A stretch of DNA of 64,000 nucleotides from Phoronis australis. Taxonomy: Eukaryota; Animalia; Phoronida. The stretch is taken from assembly GCA_002633005.1 (NCBI GenBank), contig NMRA01000524.1:2953-66952 (forward strand), in the 5' to 3' direction. The notes beneath the pieces were generated by a model. It had not been told where the DNA came from. It did no database searches and was given only the letters and a program-made list of their open reading frames with translations. The stretch's first letter is position 1, and the number at the start of each line of letters is the position of its first letter. Shown here piece by piece: positions 34,801-48,135 of the stretch. A program made the position numbers and the translations under genes.

Positions 34801-37800
34801 TAAACTGCAATTACTGTAGAATATGACACTGTCCCAGTTGCTTTTGCTCTCTTGAAATATGATATCAATGTAGCATTTTTTGTTTTCAAGTGATTCTTTA
34901 TGATGATTGGTTTGGTGGTTTTCTGCTGATTGTGTTCAGACATCAATGAATATTTAGCTTGATAGGCATTATTTTTCCAATGTGATAGTGGTTTTCGTGC
35001 AATTATACGTGCAAGCAAAATGCCATAATAAAGAGCAACAACGAATGGGCCTCATTTTGGTAGCTTCACAATTTTCTGATCACATTTTGATCCGAAACGA
35101 TTGCGTTTCACGTTGGTTACTAGGTTTCCTATTTGTTTGGTCCTGTGTATCTGTATAATGTCTCCTTTCATCCTGCCTTCTCTTGATCAGCGTTTTGTCT
35201 TCTCTAATTTTGCGTTAATTCCCGATTTAGCTCCCAAAAAGTAATTGCCTAAATTGTTTTTCCATTTCTTACTGCAAATAATGGAAAATTTACCTAAAGT
35301 TGTTTTATGTTATCTACTGTAGGCACCATGCTAGTGATGGACTAAAATTTTCTTAATCTTTATTTTTGTAGAGGAATTTGATACCTACTGGCCATGTTGT
35401 GTTCTAAATAAGTTAAAAAATTACTGTTAACCTTATTTTTTACCCCATGATGCCAGAAACAGTGCTAAAACGGAATGCTGTTGTGTCAGAAATGAACATG
35501 TCTTTACGAAGCAAAGTTTTCAAAATGTAGATTTTTATGAAAACTTGTAGATTTGTGTAGTTGAAAGAGGCTTCTTTTGTAGAGTTTTGGAGAAATTAAA
35601 TCCGAAAAGTCTCCCTCTCACAGGGAATTCCATTGGAAAGGGCAATAGTAGAGAAACTGGTTGTCACCAAGCTTAGCGGAAAGTCTTGCATAGTGCATAC
35701 CAATGCTATGGCCCTAGTTTTTTAATTTTTACCAGCTATATTCGCCTTTTTATCTTTTAGTTTGTAATTCACATTACGTTTCAGCATGTACTGTTGTCAG
35801 GTTTGAAGTTCCCTGGGGGAATCTAGCCACTGACCAGCTGATGTAGATATGATGGGTGTCAGACGTGACAAGAATGAAGCGTGAAAGAGGCCCACTACCT
35901 TCCCTCGACTCATGATTACTTAACTAACGTTAAATGAATTTTGACTTGACTTGGCTTTGTAGGTGTGTGGAGGGGTGACTCCCCGTATGATACAAAGTAC
36001 ATAATCATGTAGGCCTATGGGGTAATACCGTAACTTGTCACTACTTTTGAACACACTTATGTTAGTGCCATGCTATTTGAAAGGTGGGAGATGATATCAT
36101 TCTGGTGAAGTTTCATTGTACCCGATCATCTTGTTGCACATGGACACACTTTGGTTCCCTTTTCATTTATTATATAGGGACCTTTATGAATGATCTAACT
36201 TCAAGCTTTTTTGGCCTCCAATTAAAACTTGTCTTTTTTGATTCTCTGCCATGCCGTTTTTCTGTGGCATTTTACCTTGCGTCACTGCACTGTTTATTAG
36301 CTATGGTAGTGTATTCCACAGCGATTGAATTTCAGCCTCCCCTGAGATAGTAAATTGAGTGCAATGAAGCACACTTTGTGACTGGACTTGCTGCTAAAAC
36401 GTGACCCATTTTTCTTCAATTATAACTTGGCTTTCATCTCTGACATGCCGCACATTGATCGTTGGTCTTCAAAGACGGACAGATCAGTAATGACATCTTG
36501 TGGGTGTTTGTGATCTTCAAAGATTTGAAAATTGCACGTTTGAAACTATTTAAAATGATATTCGAAGAATTGTTATTATTGAAAACGATGTTTGAAGAAA
36601 TGGGATCTTCTGTCACAAATATAGACAGGAGAGGTTATTTTTAGAGTGTGCCCCACGTCATTGATGCAAAAGTACAGTAAAGTTTCCTTAAATTCAAACA
36701 AAAATAATGGCCTAAGTTGTCATTTTACATTTTTCAAACACTCACGGTACTTCCAACATCTTCAAAATTTCATCGTATGTTTTTGTATGACAACGGTATT
36801 GCCATTATGAAGTTGTCAAATAAACTGTAATATCGTCTTTTTACTCCTGTTGAAAATTTTGACAAAAAGAAATTTACTGTTCTGTCACATTGTGTTCTTA
36901 TTTGAAGAAACTACCATATTTTCATTGAGGCACTGTGATTGTTTAACTCAAGCCAACGAGTGGGTCACAGGTTAATCATGTCTTATATTGTCTTGAAGAA
37001 TATGCATTGCAGTCAGATGCCAACACTATAGTGCACACTAGCTGATCAAAGCTGATGTCTATGACTAAACAACAGTGTTAGCAGTATGGGTTGTGTGAAA
37101 ATACAGATCCCAACTATGAATTTGTGTGTTCAGTTAAAAATTGAAGTGCAGTTATCTGTTTAGACCAATTTTTATCGCCAAATTCACACGTTAAAATTCA
37201 ACCTCCCAAAAATTAAATCAAAAATGGTAACTTTCCCCATGGGTCCGATAGATTTCCCTGTGGGTCGATTGACTTCCATCTTTGCTGAACCAGTCCAAGA
37301 GCAGTTACCTTTACAAACCTAAAAATTGGTCCTTATTATATATAGTATAGGTTGGCAAGTGCAACATTTTCAGTCGCCAACTGTGTTTTATAGATAAGCG
37401 TAGCAAATGTTGCAGAATTCCTTTAATTTAATTCTGTAAACAGGACATAGGGTAGTGAGATCTTGTGCCGAATTCATCGTTAGTGCAATCTTCCAAATTT
37501 CTCTCGTGGTCGAGAACGAAGAGGGATTAAGGGGAAAGTTAATGAGGATGCTAAGCCATTTTATAATTAGAATTTTGCCGCCCAAATAGTTCTTACTTGT
37601 CCTTTTTGCTTTGCCTTTAACAGTATTAGCTGTCGTAACAGGGAAAGCTGTATATTTTCTGGAACGGTATTTCCTGCGTCAACGGTGTGGACATTTTGGG
37701 TCCCTCTTTACGCTCTCTGAACCAGACTGTGTAGAACACTGGAGGATGTAGAATGTTGTCAACGGACGGCCTGCCCCAATTTACAAAGGATAGATTTCCA

Positions 37801-40800
37801 GGTTGCCTTGAAAATGGTGTTCCATTTGGTCATGATTTCGTGATGGAGACCAAGCCCTATGCTCCCCCTTTTATGCAGGTTTGTAGAATTGCAGACAAAC
37901 TTATTGAACCTTTACCCATGGGACAGTTGGCAGTTGTTCAATATACCAATCAAGTGGGCTCAATCAATCAATATCTGAGACAAATCAAAACAATACCAGA
38001 AATACAATTAGGTGGATAGAATGACTGGTCACTATTGTTAGACTGTGTGAATGTCTCCATGCCACACCTTGAATGTTACAGCCAACTTTGTTGTAATTTT
38101 AGCTGAAATAATTGTTGTTGTAAATTGGCTTTGCCAGGTAGTCAGAGTGAGGTATAGACAGTTGGCAGCAGGTTGTTAGGTGCTGGCTCTCATTAGAGTA
38201 GAGTAAAATGAAACTCAATACAGGTAAAAGAACCAAAGTGCATCATGCAGGGGTTGACCAGGGCTGTGTCCAATAATGCTATTACGACTGACAAGTGAAA
38301 GCTGCTGACCTCACATGCTTCATTTGGTCGGACACGAGTAATTGTCAAATTTGCCCTTTTTATCATTTCCAAGGTCTTCTTACGTTGTTTTCAGAAGTTT
38401 TTGAAATTTTGTGTGATGGTAGATATCATACGGAACTTGAACAAAGTAAAGCATTTATTTTGTGCTGTTTATCTTTTGTGGAATGATGAGGTAATAAAAT
38501 TTCAGCTGTCAGCCATATTGTATCATAAAGTGGTGAGATTTTATCGTATCACGGCGACATCTGACTGAGACTTGCAGGAGTTCTTCAAACTTAACAGGCG
38601 CTAGTCTTGTTGAAATCGCACGTCCTGTGGAGATATTTTTAATGGTCTAATGTTTACCTGATTGCCATGGTAACATGGTTGGTGAATCATTTTTCTTTGT
38701 TGAAGTTAGGTACAGTGAAACTGGGTGCAAAAAATGATCTTTCGGAATGAAATTTTGATTGCCGACATGATTTTCGTGATTTTGATGTTAAATTTGTAAG
38801 TGGTCAAGAAAATTGTGTCTTTCATTAAAGGTAGATCATCTTTGCGTAGGGTTTCAGCTTTTGACAAGGGGTGAATTTGATCATCTGTGTATTAGTCTAG
38901 ACATATTTCTGGAAAATGTGCATGTTAGAGGCATTTTTAGTGAAAGTGGAGAACCTATCTTTTTAGCATAATTATGGTTTGCAATATACAAAGAAACCTA
39001 TACTAATTTAGGAGTATCAGTGACCATTTGTTGATGGTGCTTCAAGTTTTATCCAGTCCAGTGATGAAACGCAGAATGTTTCCAGGCAATGTTCACTCTG
39101 TTTGTGCCTATTACTGTACATCATCAGTGCAGGACTCATTTTAGGAAAGGATGGATATGGGTGAATTGGCCCAAGCGGACTCAAGTCTACGGGTCACTTT
39201 GGAGGACCTACGGCCCATGTTAGTTTTTTGTCTTTTTCTCTTCTAATTTTTATGGCGCCCATTGACCGGAGTTAAGCAACCACCAAATTATCGCTATGGT
39301 GCAATCTGGAATCTCGAGTTAAGCTTTGATTACACTTAAGTCTCACCAGTTTCAGGCAAAAATAATTACCAAAATAGCCAGTTTTTCATTTTTCAAAGGC
39401 ATCTAAATTAGCATTGTTGTGAATGTCCATATTTTTCCAAATATTGTCTGATGGCAGGTGTGGTACAAACCTTGAACATGTAAAAGCATTACCTTTGCTA
39501 CATATTATTCATGGGAAAAGTAAAAAAAAAAATTTTTTTAATTGTCTGCCATATTGTGTCCTAAATTATTGAGATTTCACTGTAATTACTTCAGTTAGAA
39601 GTGCTTCTAGAATCTGCAGATTAAACTGGTCAGTTGAAGTCTGTCCTGTGCCTGGCACCAATCGTGTGAATGTTACTGAGATCATCTCTGACAAGTGTGA
39701 CAGGCTTGTTACATGTAGGAGACCCATCAACTTGAATCACTAAATGGGATGCACTCAGTTGATTGACCAGCAGGCCTGGTCATTGACTGAATCCAAAATC
39801 CAGAGCTCTTAGACTTATAGCTGTTAGTGACTGCCATGTGTATGTTGTAGCCAGGAGCCATGGTTGTGGTTCTTTTCCTGCTCTGTCAAGTTAGAGTGTA
39901 CTGCAGCAAGGGGTCGTAGTGGCTGCTTTTAGGGGTCATACTTGGGGATATTCTAACTAAACTTTGGCCCATAGGTGGGCATTGTGAATAGTTCTGTGGG
40001 CATCCAGAGCTGCCCAATATGTAGAAATAACGAGTTGCCAAGCAACGAGATTCAGAGCTGCTCATTACCATATGGTGAAAATTCTCCAATTTGGGATAGA
40101 TTCTGAAAGTTTGGATATCAAAGTTAGAGCAGAAATTGAATTTTCGTGATTCTGAATATTGGGACGTGGACGATTTTGACATTTATCATATTTCTTAAAT
40201 TTGGGACAATGTTTACGGTAGTATCAACAGAGTCAAAAATAGATTTGGCAGTATTCCCAAAGGCGTTGGAAATAGCTGCGGAAACAATGGAGAAATAAAA
40301 TACTGCTGATCAACCTTGTTGCAACAATTGGATTAGTTGCATTGTGTATCACGTTTGCCAAAGCTGTTGGTGAACTTAATAAATCATTTTCTGGAATATT
40401 CTTTTATTGATGTTAGTCGTTTTAAATGTCCTAATTCCTGTGTGTAAAGTACCGATTTTGTACTTTTCCTATAGTTGATACATTTACCGTTGTTGAGTGA
40501 CACTTCCGGCAGGTTGTGTTCTAGTATATATTACTATCAGTAGATGTAATAACCTGGAAGAGAATATAGCAGAAGGAATATCGCGACTGCCATAATTATC
40601 AGTTTGGGCTAAGGTTTGGGTGTGAACTACTAGAAGGCATCGCAGACATCTGTCTGCAGGCAGTTCTTCACAAGTTAGACCTTTCTTTGCATTTCTTTTT
40701 ATTGTCATTGGGGAGGGGGGGATGAAATGATTTACTTGTGTAGTGTCACGTTCTCTGGTGCAAGTTCTGGCTCAGGAAGTGTTCCCCACCTTCACTGTTA

Positions 40801-42319
40801 ACATAGTGTTTCCAGCAGGCCTTAATGAATTGTTTTTATCTCTCAACATGTTGATCCATAATGACTTGTCACTCTCCTTCAGTTGCTGCTGAAAAAACTT
40901 ACAGTTTATTCTGTGAACCACTTGCCAAGTCTAGTGAATTTGTTGAGGTGTGTAATTCTACACAAGATCCTCACCACTATCAGTGTATTGACAGGGTGCA
41001 CATGGTTTTCCTCTATCATAGTGTTTTTGTATTCACTCGAGCCAGATAGTGTCATCCCCTGAGACATCAACTACATTGTTTTACACCAGGATAAGCTGGG
41101 ATTTTCATACCACGTGGGGACCGTAACTTCGACACGCTAGTATTGATCAATGGGTGCAGATAGCCTGGTTGTTTCTCGCCATATGGATGCATTCTACAGG
41201 ATCATGGCTGCCTTCTCTCTACCAAATGCTCAGAGCAGCTGTAATGTACCTACCCTGGGAACCTACCACTGAGCCAGTTTGTTGTAATGGGAACGTATTT
41301 GGTATCCCATGGTTCAAGGCTTGCCAGTCGATGTCTTGACTACGGAAGTGAAATTCTTTGACACTGTCACCAGTGGTTTGCATTGCGCTCCTGTGTGGCA
41401 TTAGCGTCCTGTTAGGGTGGAACTCCCGCTAGAAATGTAGAGATTCATGGATACCTCGCCATTATCGCTGCTACCGCTGGCGTCATGAAGGCAAAGTCTA
41501 TGTTCAGCGTTAGTATCATCTCACTCCCTTTAATTTGCATGCCTACTAAATTGGTTGTGTGTATAGTGTTAATTGGATTATTCCGCCATGCGATTTAATC
41601 AGCCTGACCAGCAGTCTATTGCACAGTCCCCGCTGTTGTGGTGTTGGTCTGTAGTTAATTATAGGTTTTCATTGTTGTCAGGTTAACTCTATAATTTCAA
41701 TTAATGGATATTGGAGGTCAGTCTTACTCCCTGTCGCATCATGTGTGTGGTGCTGTGTCTTAGAAAGTTGTAGGCAAATCTGCAAATCTCATAGAGTTTG
41801 ATCAGTTCACCTGTTTCATGAACGTGTTGTGACAATTATGCATGTACCTACTCAGAGACTTTGCTTTTCTGCTCAAGTGAGATCTAATTATTTTTCAAGA
41901 ATACTTGTGTGGAATGTAAGCCCTAATTCCTGACTTAAATTTTATGTCACTTTTCATAAACGCAGTCATGTATGTAATTTTGAAATAGAATCTTTGATTG
42001 TCGGGGAATATGACTCACGGATATTCTGTTTTGAGGAAAGTGCTTATGGAAGCTGTAATCTGACAGTGCGCCTTGTGCCATTGTTTTTCGACTGCTGGAC
42101 GTTTTAGACACTTATTGCTGAAAAACATTTTTATTAGAACAAAACCTGTTAAATTTAGACGCGAAAGTGGGTAGAAAAGGGGAAGGTTGTCAACTGCCAA
42201 ATAATAGTTTTGAAAACAGCTACGGGTTCATTGTCCCACAATAATTTAGTAGAACAAGCACAGATTAATAGCTCCTAAAATCTAAAATAATTTGTTAGGA
42301 ATATGAGTTTTTTGGTTGA

Positions 42320-43040
42320 TGACTCTCAAATAATGGGTGGGTGAATGAGGACATGTTCGTGACTCGAGTAATTGGTGGGTGAATGGAGACAGGTTAGTGA
42401 CTCTAAAAAAATGGTGGGTGAATGAGGACAGGATAGTGACTCAAATAATTTGTGGGTGAATGAGGACATGTTCCTGACTCAAGTAATGGGTGGGTGAATT
42501 AGGACAGGTTAGTGACCCCCAAATAATTGGTGGGTGAATGAGGACAGGTTAATGACCCCCAAATAATTGGTGGGTGAATGAGGACAGGTTAATGACCCCC
42601 AAATAATTGGTGGGGGAATGAGGACAGGTTAATGACCCCCAAATTATTGGTGGGGGAATGAGGACAGGTTAATGACCCCCAAATAATTGATGGGTGAATG
42701 AGGACAGGTGAATTACCCCCAAATAATTGGTGGGTGAATTGGGACAAGTTCGTGACTCAAATAATTGGTGGGTGAATGAGGACAAGTTGGTGACTCTCAA
42801 ACAATTGATGGGTGATGGAGGACGGGTTAGTGACTCTCAAGTAATTGTTGTGTGAATGAGGACAGGTTATTGACCCCCAAATATTTGGTAGGAGACTGGG
42901 GACAAGTTATTGACTGTTGCTAATTGGTGTCAGGATGAGAGTCTAGTGGTCCCCAAATAACTTGATGGGAGACGAACAGCAGGTTGATGACTGGGATTCA
43001 AGTGGTGGGAGAATGCGGTCAAAGTAGTGACTCCCAAATG
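42320..43040. repeat. 40-bp minisatellite, ~17 copies, degenerating toward both ends
   Basis: Unit gacccccaaataattggtgggtgaatgaggacaggttaat; a stray partial unit lies at ~43425-43451. Confidence 0.95.
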
Positions 43041-44998
43041 GTCTGTGGTAAAAGTTCTCCAGTTAGGGACAGTCTCTGAATTCAGGGACACTGAAATTCA
43101 AACCAGGTTTCTTGAATCTGTAGAGTGAGACCTGGTCAATTTTGGCATTCATAGTATTTTCAAGTATGAAACACTACAATTTGCATCAGCAGAGTCTGAT
43201 AATAACTCGTGTCAGTTTTTAAAATGGTCAAAATAGCCACCAATGCAACATTGTCATGGGTACCCATGGTGTGCAACATTAAGGTGAATGGTCATTAGTC
43301 ATTGATCCTGCTTCTTGACTTAGTGATGACCAATATTGTATATTTCTAAAATTTGGTACGAGCTGCGAACTTGAGGGCTAAAAAATTAAGTTTTCACTAT
43401 CTCAAACTGGAGAATTTTCACCCTGGGGCAAGTTAGTGACCCCAAATAATTTACCATTGTGAATTTCTCTGACAGTTTTAATTCAGCACCTGGTGTATTG
43501 AATAATGTCACAAACAGAAAGCAAGTTATTTAGAGTGGTTCCATGTATTAGTGTGTGTGGTAGTAGTTTGAGAACACTAGTCAAAATGGACAAACTATAA
43601 ATATTCGGGTTAACGCCTGCCTATGGCACGTAAACGCACACCCCTTACTTTTGAATTTTTCTCCTTTTAAGTACTCTTGCTTAGAATATATTGGTGACCA
43701 ATTTCCCCCTTTCGTTATCTAGTAATTAGCTCAAAAGACTTGTGTTTAACCGGCTTTGAACAACTTATTGCTTCCTTCCGTTTAATTGCAGAAAGGAAAT
43801 TATCGTTGCATTGTTTTCAAAGGCCCAGTCATTCAGGTCTCATCAGTTGCTCGAGTGTTTCGGTCCCGCGATTAGATTCTAAACAGAGATGGAATACATT
43901 CTTTTACGTCAATAGTCGATGGCTGGTATAATTTTTAAGTTATTTTTGATGTTGGTACTCTGGGTTGATTACCTATATTGTTTTGATGGGGATACCTTGG
44001 GGGACATAGATGGTGTAATTCTGTGTTGATATTCTCTGATGATAAGTTAGTGTTCTTATGAATTTTGAAACTTGGAGATGATAGCTGGCATTATTTTATG
44101 TTGATGTTATGGGATAACAGATTTGTTACTGTGTCTGCCGTCGTCTTCGGGTTCATGATTGACAGTTGGATTTGCCGTCACTTGACCTATGAATCGTGAC
44201 ATTGGTCAGCATTCTCTGCTGGGCATCTGTGACATGGTGTTATATCCAAGGTGTGAAATCTCGTCACGCGGCAGTCAAGTCCGACCCTCATTCTGAGGAG
44301 GATTGTAGATCGAGGCAATTGAAAATGTTCAGTTTCATAGCAAGTGGTATCTGGATTGTGTCAATTCAACGTTTTGTCAGTAATTATTCACCAATCGGAT
44401 GAAATTGTTTAGTGAACTGATGTTGTTTCTATATCCAAAGTTATTGATTGTGTTGAGTAAGAGTCTTGAGTTCAGATGGTCATATAACATTAATAATTCC
44501 AGTATGTATTTAATCATAAGTGTCTGATTTCTGATCAATTGCATTTACAAAGAATTTTATTATCCTGCTGTGCGAGTGATTTAAAAAAAATAGTCTCGTT
44601 GTGTACTGTAGTGGACACTTTTGTGATAGTTCCCAAAATTGGCTATTAAACTATGTCAAGTTGATATATTTCATTATCAGGTTGAAGTTGAACTCCAGTT
44701 GCTCTCTCCTGACTTCAAGTGGAGTGTGTATGTTAAGTTTATATATAGTTGAAGTGTATATTTTTTACAATTTATGCAATTTTTCCATCCCAGATATAAC
44801 GCTCGGCAGTTTGTGGACTTGGGTTTACTCCTTCGTTGTGTGTTTTGCTACAAAATAAATGTTGTCACATTAAAAATGTTGATTCTACCGTTCCTTTGAT
44901 CCCACCTCTGTATTGTGGAAGTTAGATTGTCCACAAAGTCAAGGTCATTTTTGTTGTGGTCGTTGTTCTTAGTCATTACTGTCGTGTCTTTGTTGTAG

Positions 44999-45100
44999 GA
45001 ATTGGCGTCTTTAACAAAAGAACTGAACTCTGTGAGGGAACAGCTATTGGAGAGGGAAGAGGAGATTACAGATCTCAAGGCGGAACGCAACAATACTCGG
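44999..45100 (+). CDS. PPFIA: Liprin-alpha coding exon 3
   Basis: ttgttgtag|[34 protein letters not shown]|gtacgc; 102 nt, phase 0-0. Highly conserved LH2 start; absent from the ORF track in this frame. Confidence 0.95.
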
Positions 45101-46530
45101 GTACGCTTCTCTTGCTGAGAAATGAGTCTGGAACAATGAATAATTCTGTCACCTCGAATGCACCTTCTTCTCAGTAAATAAACTGTATACCATGAAATCA
45201 AACTTGGAGAAATGTTTCTTTTCACTGTATCCTGGGCAGATTCATCAGATTGGTATTTGGGTTGTACTAGACTTGGCCACGTCAACGTGTCTGTCCGGCT
45301 TAACGCCCAACCCTGACAATAAATGCCGATGCTCGTCTGGACGCCCACCCCAGTCTGTGCAAAGGATACTTCCTTCAAAGTGCCTTTGTGAGTGTCCACG
45401 CTACGAGCCTTTGAGCTCTTCAACCGTATGCAACTTGCTTACCCATCTGTTACAGTCAGTTACGATGGCACCTTGCCCTGTTTGGATGAGAAAATATCGT
45501 TCTTTTGGTTCGTATTTATTCTAATATAATCGTACGTCTCCAAAACACGGAGAACGTATTCACGTGAGTGAGTCAACTGTTGGGTAAATACCCAAACCCC
45601 AACTTTCCGATAAGTTTTGTTTTAAACACCCAGGCTGTGCTTGATACTGACCCCCTGATGTTTGAATTTCCCCACTGAAGTAGCTTAGGCGTTAGCTTGG
45701 CTCGTGTTCCGTAGACGCGGGAACCTTGCGAGAACTCAAGATGATACAAGACATTGCAAGGTATCTCCACGTTTTACAAGGGAAGCATGTGGTTGTACTA
45801 GCTTCTTGTGGGAGATAGTTATTTCTATGGACCAGTATTATAAACAATGGGGATGTAGGCTTTAGATTGTGCTTTGGTTGTTACATATAGTCATTCTTAA
45901 ATGTTTGTCATGTGCTATATTTTGACATAAATCTCAACGTACAACCTGACACAGCACAAGATGGTTGGAGTTGAGGACAGTGTATCCGTAACTGTAGTTG
46001 GGTGTAAGTGTTTTATCCATCTTAAACTGCTGCACGTTATCTCAAAAGAACGTCCTAATTGATGCACTTGCACGAACACGAGATTGTGAAATCGGCTGTG
46101 TTTAGACGGGCAGTTGATGCAGAACATAGGTGATTGGGTGCAACTTGAACCAGCTGAAAACGTGTGAGAAATCGACACCGTTGTGTCCGTTTGTGCTATG
46201 TCAGTTTTCACCTCCCCTTGGAGTGTTGTTGAAACTGCCATAGTGGTGGATTCCGTGAGACAGATGAAGGAATCGGATTGTTTGGATCACGTAAAACTTG
46301 GTTATGCGTGAACAACGGGATGAAAAATACCACTTGGCACTTGCATGCACCAGAGTTGAAAGGGTGGGTCCACTGCTATGTGCGTTTTGGGGGAGTACGA
46401 TGAAGCAATCTTCATAGACAAAAAACTTCAAAACAAACCTCAGAATGCATCGAACTAATGCGTAGATCAGCAGGTCTTGCGTGAAAGGTTCTTGAGACAT
46501 GCACTACACGATCATGGTCAAATGTCGCCT

Positions 46531-46590
46531 CACAAGTCATAGGTTACATTACTTGTCCACAAGTCATAGGTTACATTACTTGTCCACAAG
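46531..46590. repeat. Perfect 27-bp tandem duplication
   Basis: cacaagtcataggttacattacttgtc repeated about 2.2 times. Confidence 0.9.
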
Positions 46591-47970
46591 TTATCTGTGA
46601 TGTCAGTGGATCATGTTTAAGAGCCTACAACTGCCCCTCAGTGCACTTTAAAAATGACAGCAATGCTTTAAACAAGATCCCTCAAATTCTCATATCAATA
46701 TATGTCGTGGTTGAGAGTCTGTTGAACTTCGAGCATACTATTTTGTATTATCATACCTCCCATCTACTTTTTTTTTAAAAGTTGCTCCGCAGTGGTAGTT
46801 GGTGTTCTCCTCTGCTGTTTCAGTCAATTAGATATTCTAATAGATACCCTTCAGTTCAGTGTATCATATTCACCCTCATGAGATGTGTTCTTGTCTTGGC
46901 AAAGCTATTGCAAATAAATGAAAACATCAGTATAGACAACTGAATTATGACATTGGTATTTGGGTATCTTACTACGCAATGATCAAAGATGAGCTAAAGT
47001 GGCGCTAAACCTACGCTCCGTCCAAAAAACCAAGTGATGATTTAAGCCACTTACCGTTGCAAATTGGTCTCAACTTGTTCCTTAGTTAGTGACAAGTGAT
47101 TTCTGGGTTTGCAAAGAACTCATGAAACTACTCAAGGCATAAAATGACAAACCATGTAAAGCCGACTTGTAGAGCCCCATTTCAAGCAATAACAAATCAT
47201 TTATTCTTTCTGGACCCTGAAATCACCTTGAATTGGACTGAGGAACAATATGTGACCAATTTCGTAATGGTAAGTGGTAGGAATGAGAAGTTAGTTTTTG
47301 TGATGCAAGACGGGGAGATAACTTTCAACTTGGATACTATAAGTGTGAGGTGGCGAAGCACATTTCGTTACAACTCTATTCTGATGTAAGATTCATTGGG
47401 TTATTAACATGCAAGTGAAGGTATTTGACTTGGTAATAAATTTTAAATTAACCGTTTAGTACTTAAAATCAAAGTATTATGGCAACGCGTCTGTTGGGTT
47501 TGAATTGACAGAAAACTGTCTGTGGGGTCAGTAGGTTAAATCTGGTATGAACCTGCTTTCTGTAGTAACGTTTGATTGTATTCTCTTAATAACAGTTACA
47601 AAATTAGTCTCGAAATATTCCTTTCTAAGACTAGACTGTGGTCTTAGGAGGAAGTGAAAGTGGGTTATTGCATCACACTGTGTTCAATGAGTGAGTGTTC
47701 TTTGAACTGAGCACGAGGTGAAGCAGTAACAGATTATCAATTCTCCTTAATCTCAGGATACTTCCAATCTTAGTAAGGAACAAGTCGAGGCTAGTTTTTT
47801 CACAGTTAGCGGTATAAATCATAAGTTGGCCTCTTTGGCCGTGTTTTAAATCAGTTTTGATCATAAGTTGGTAGCAGGTTTTGTACTAGGCATAATTTGG
47901 TGACTGAAGGACTTGAATTGATATTTAATGGTTAGAGTTAAACTCTTGCAATGTTTTTTTTTCTCTGCAG

Positions 47971-48135
47971 CTTTTATTAGAGCACTTGGAATGTCTTGTG
48001 TCAAGGCATGAACGGTCTCTCAGGATGACGGTCGTCAAACGACAGGCGTCGTCACCAGCAGGTGTCTCTAGTGAGGTGGAAGTTCTCAAGGCACTCAAGT
48101 CATTGTTTGAGCACCATAAAGCATTAGACGAGAAG
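47971..48135 (+). CDS. PPFIA: Liprin-alpha coding exon 4 (LH2)
   Basis: ttctctgcag|[55 protein letters not shown]|gtatgt; 165 nt, the near-invariant liprin-alpha motif. Confidence 0.97.

Noticed and set aside
42320-43040. Regularly spaced repeats as a CRISPR-like array (also 27044-27281)
   Set aside because: Units are contiguous with no unique spacers, there are no cas genes, and the context is a eukaryotic intron.
43812-43870. Minus-strand CTGATGA with nearby GAAA motifs
   Set aside because: Stems do not pair in any hammerhead topology; the same applies to near-matches at ~44293 and ~45240.
44848-45423. 191-aa minus-strand ORF
   Set aside because: Antisense shadow over liprin exon 3, with a non-ATG start and no recognisable domain.
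45915-46500. Two ~100-aa minus-strand ORFs as a nested gene
   Set aside because: No recognisable motifs or consistent splice structure; lengths are within chance expectation.
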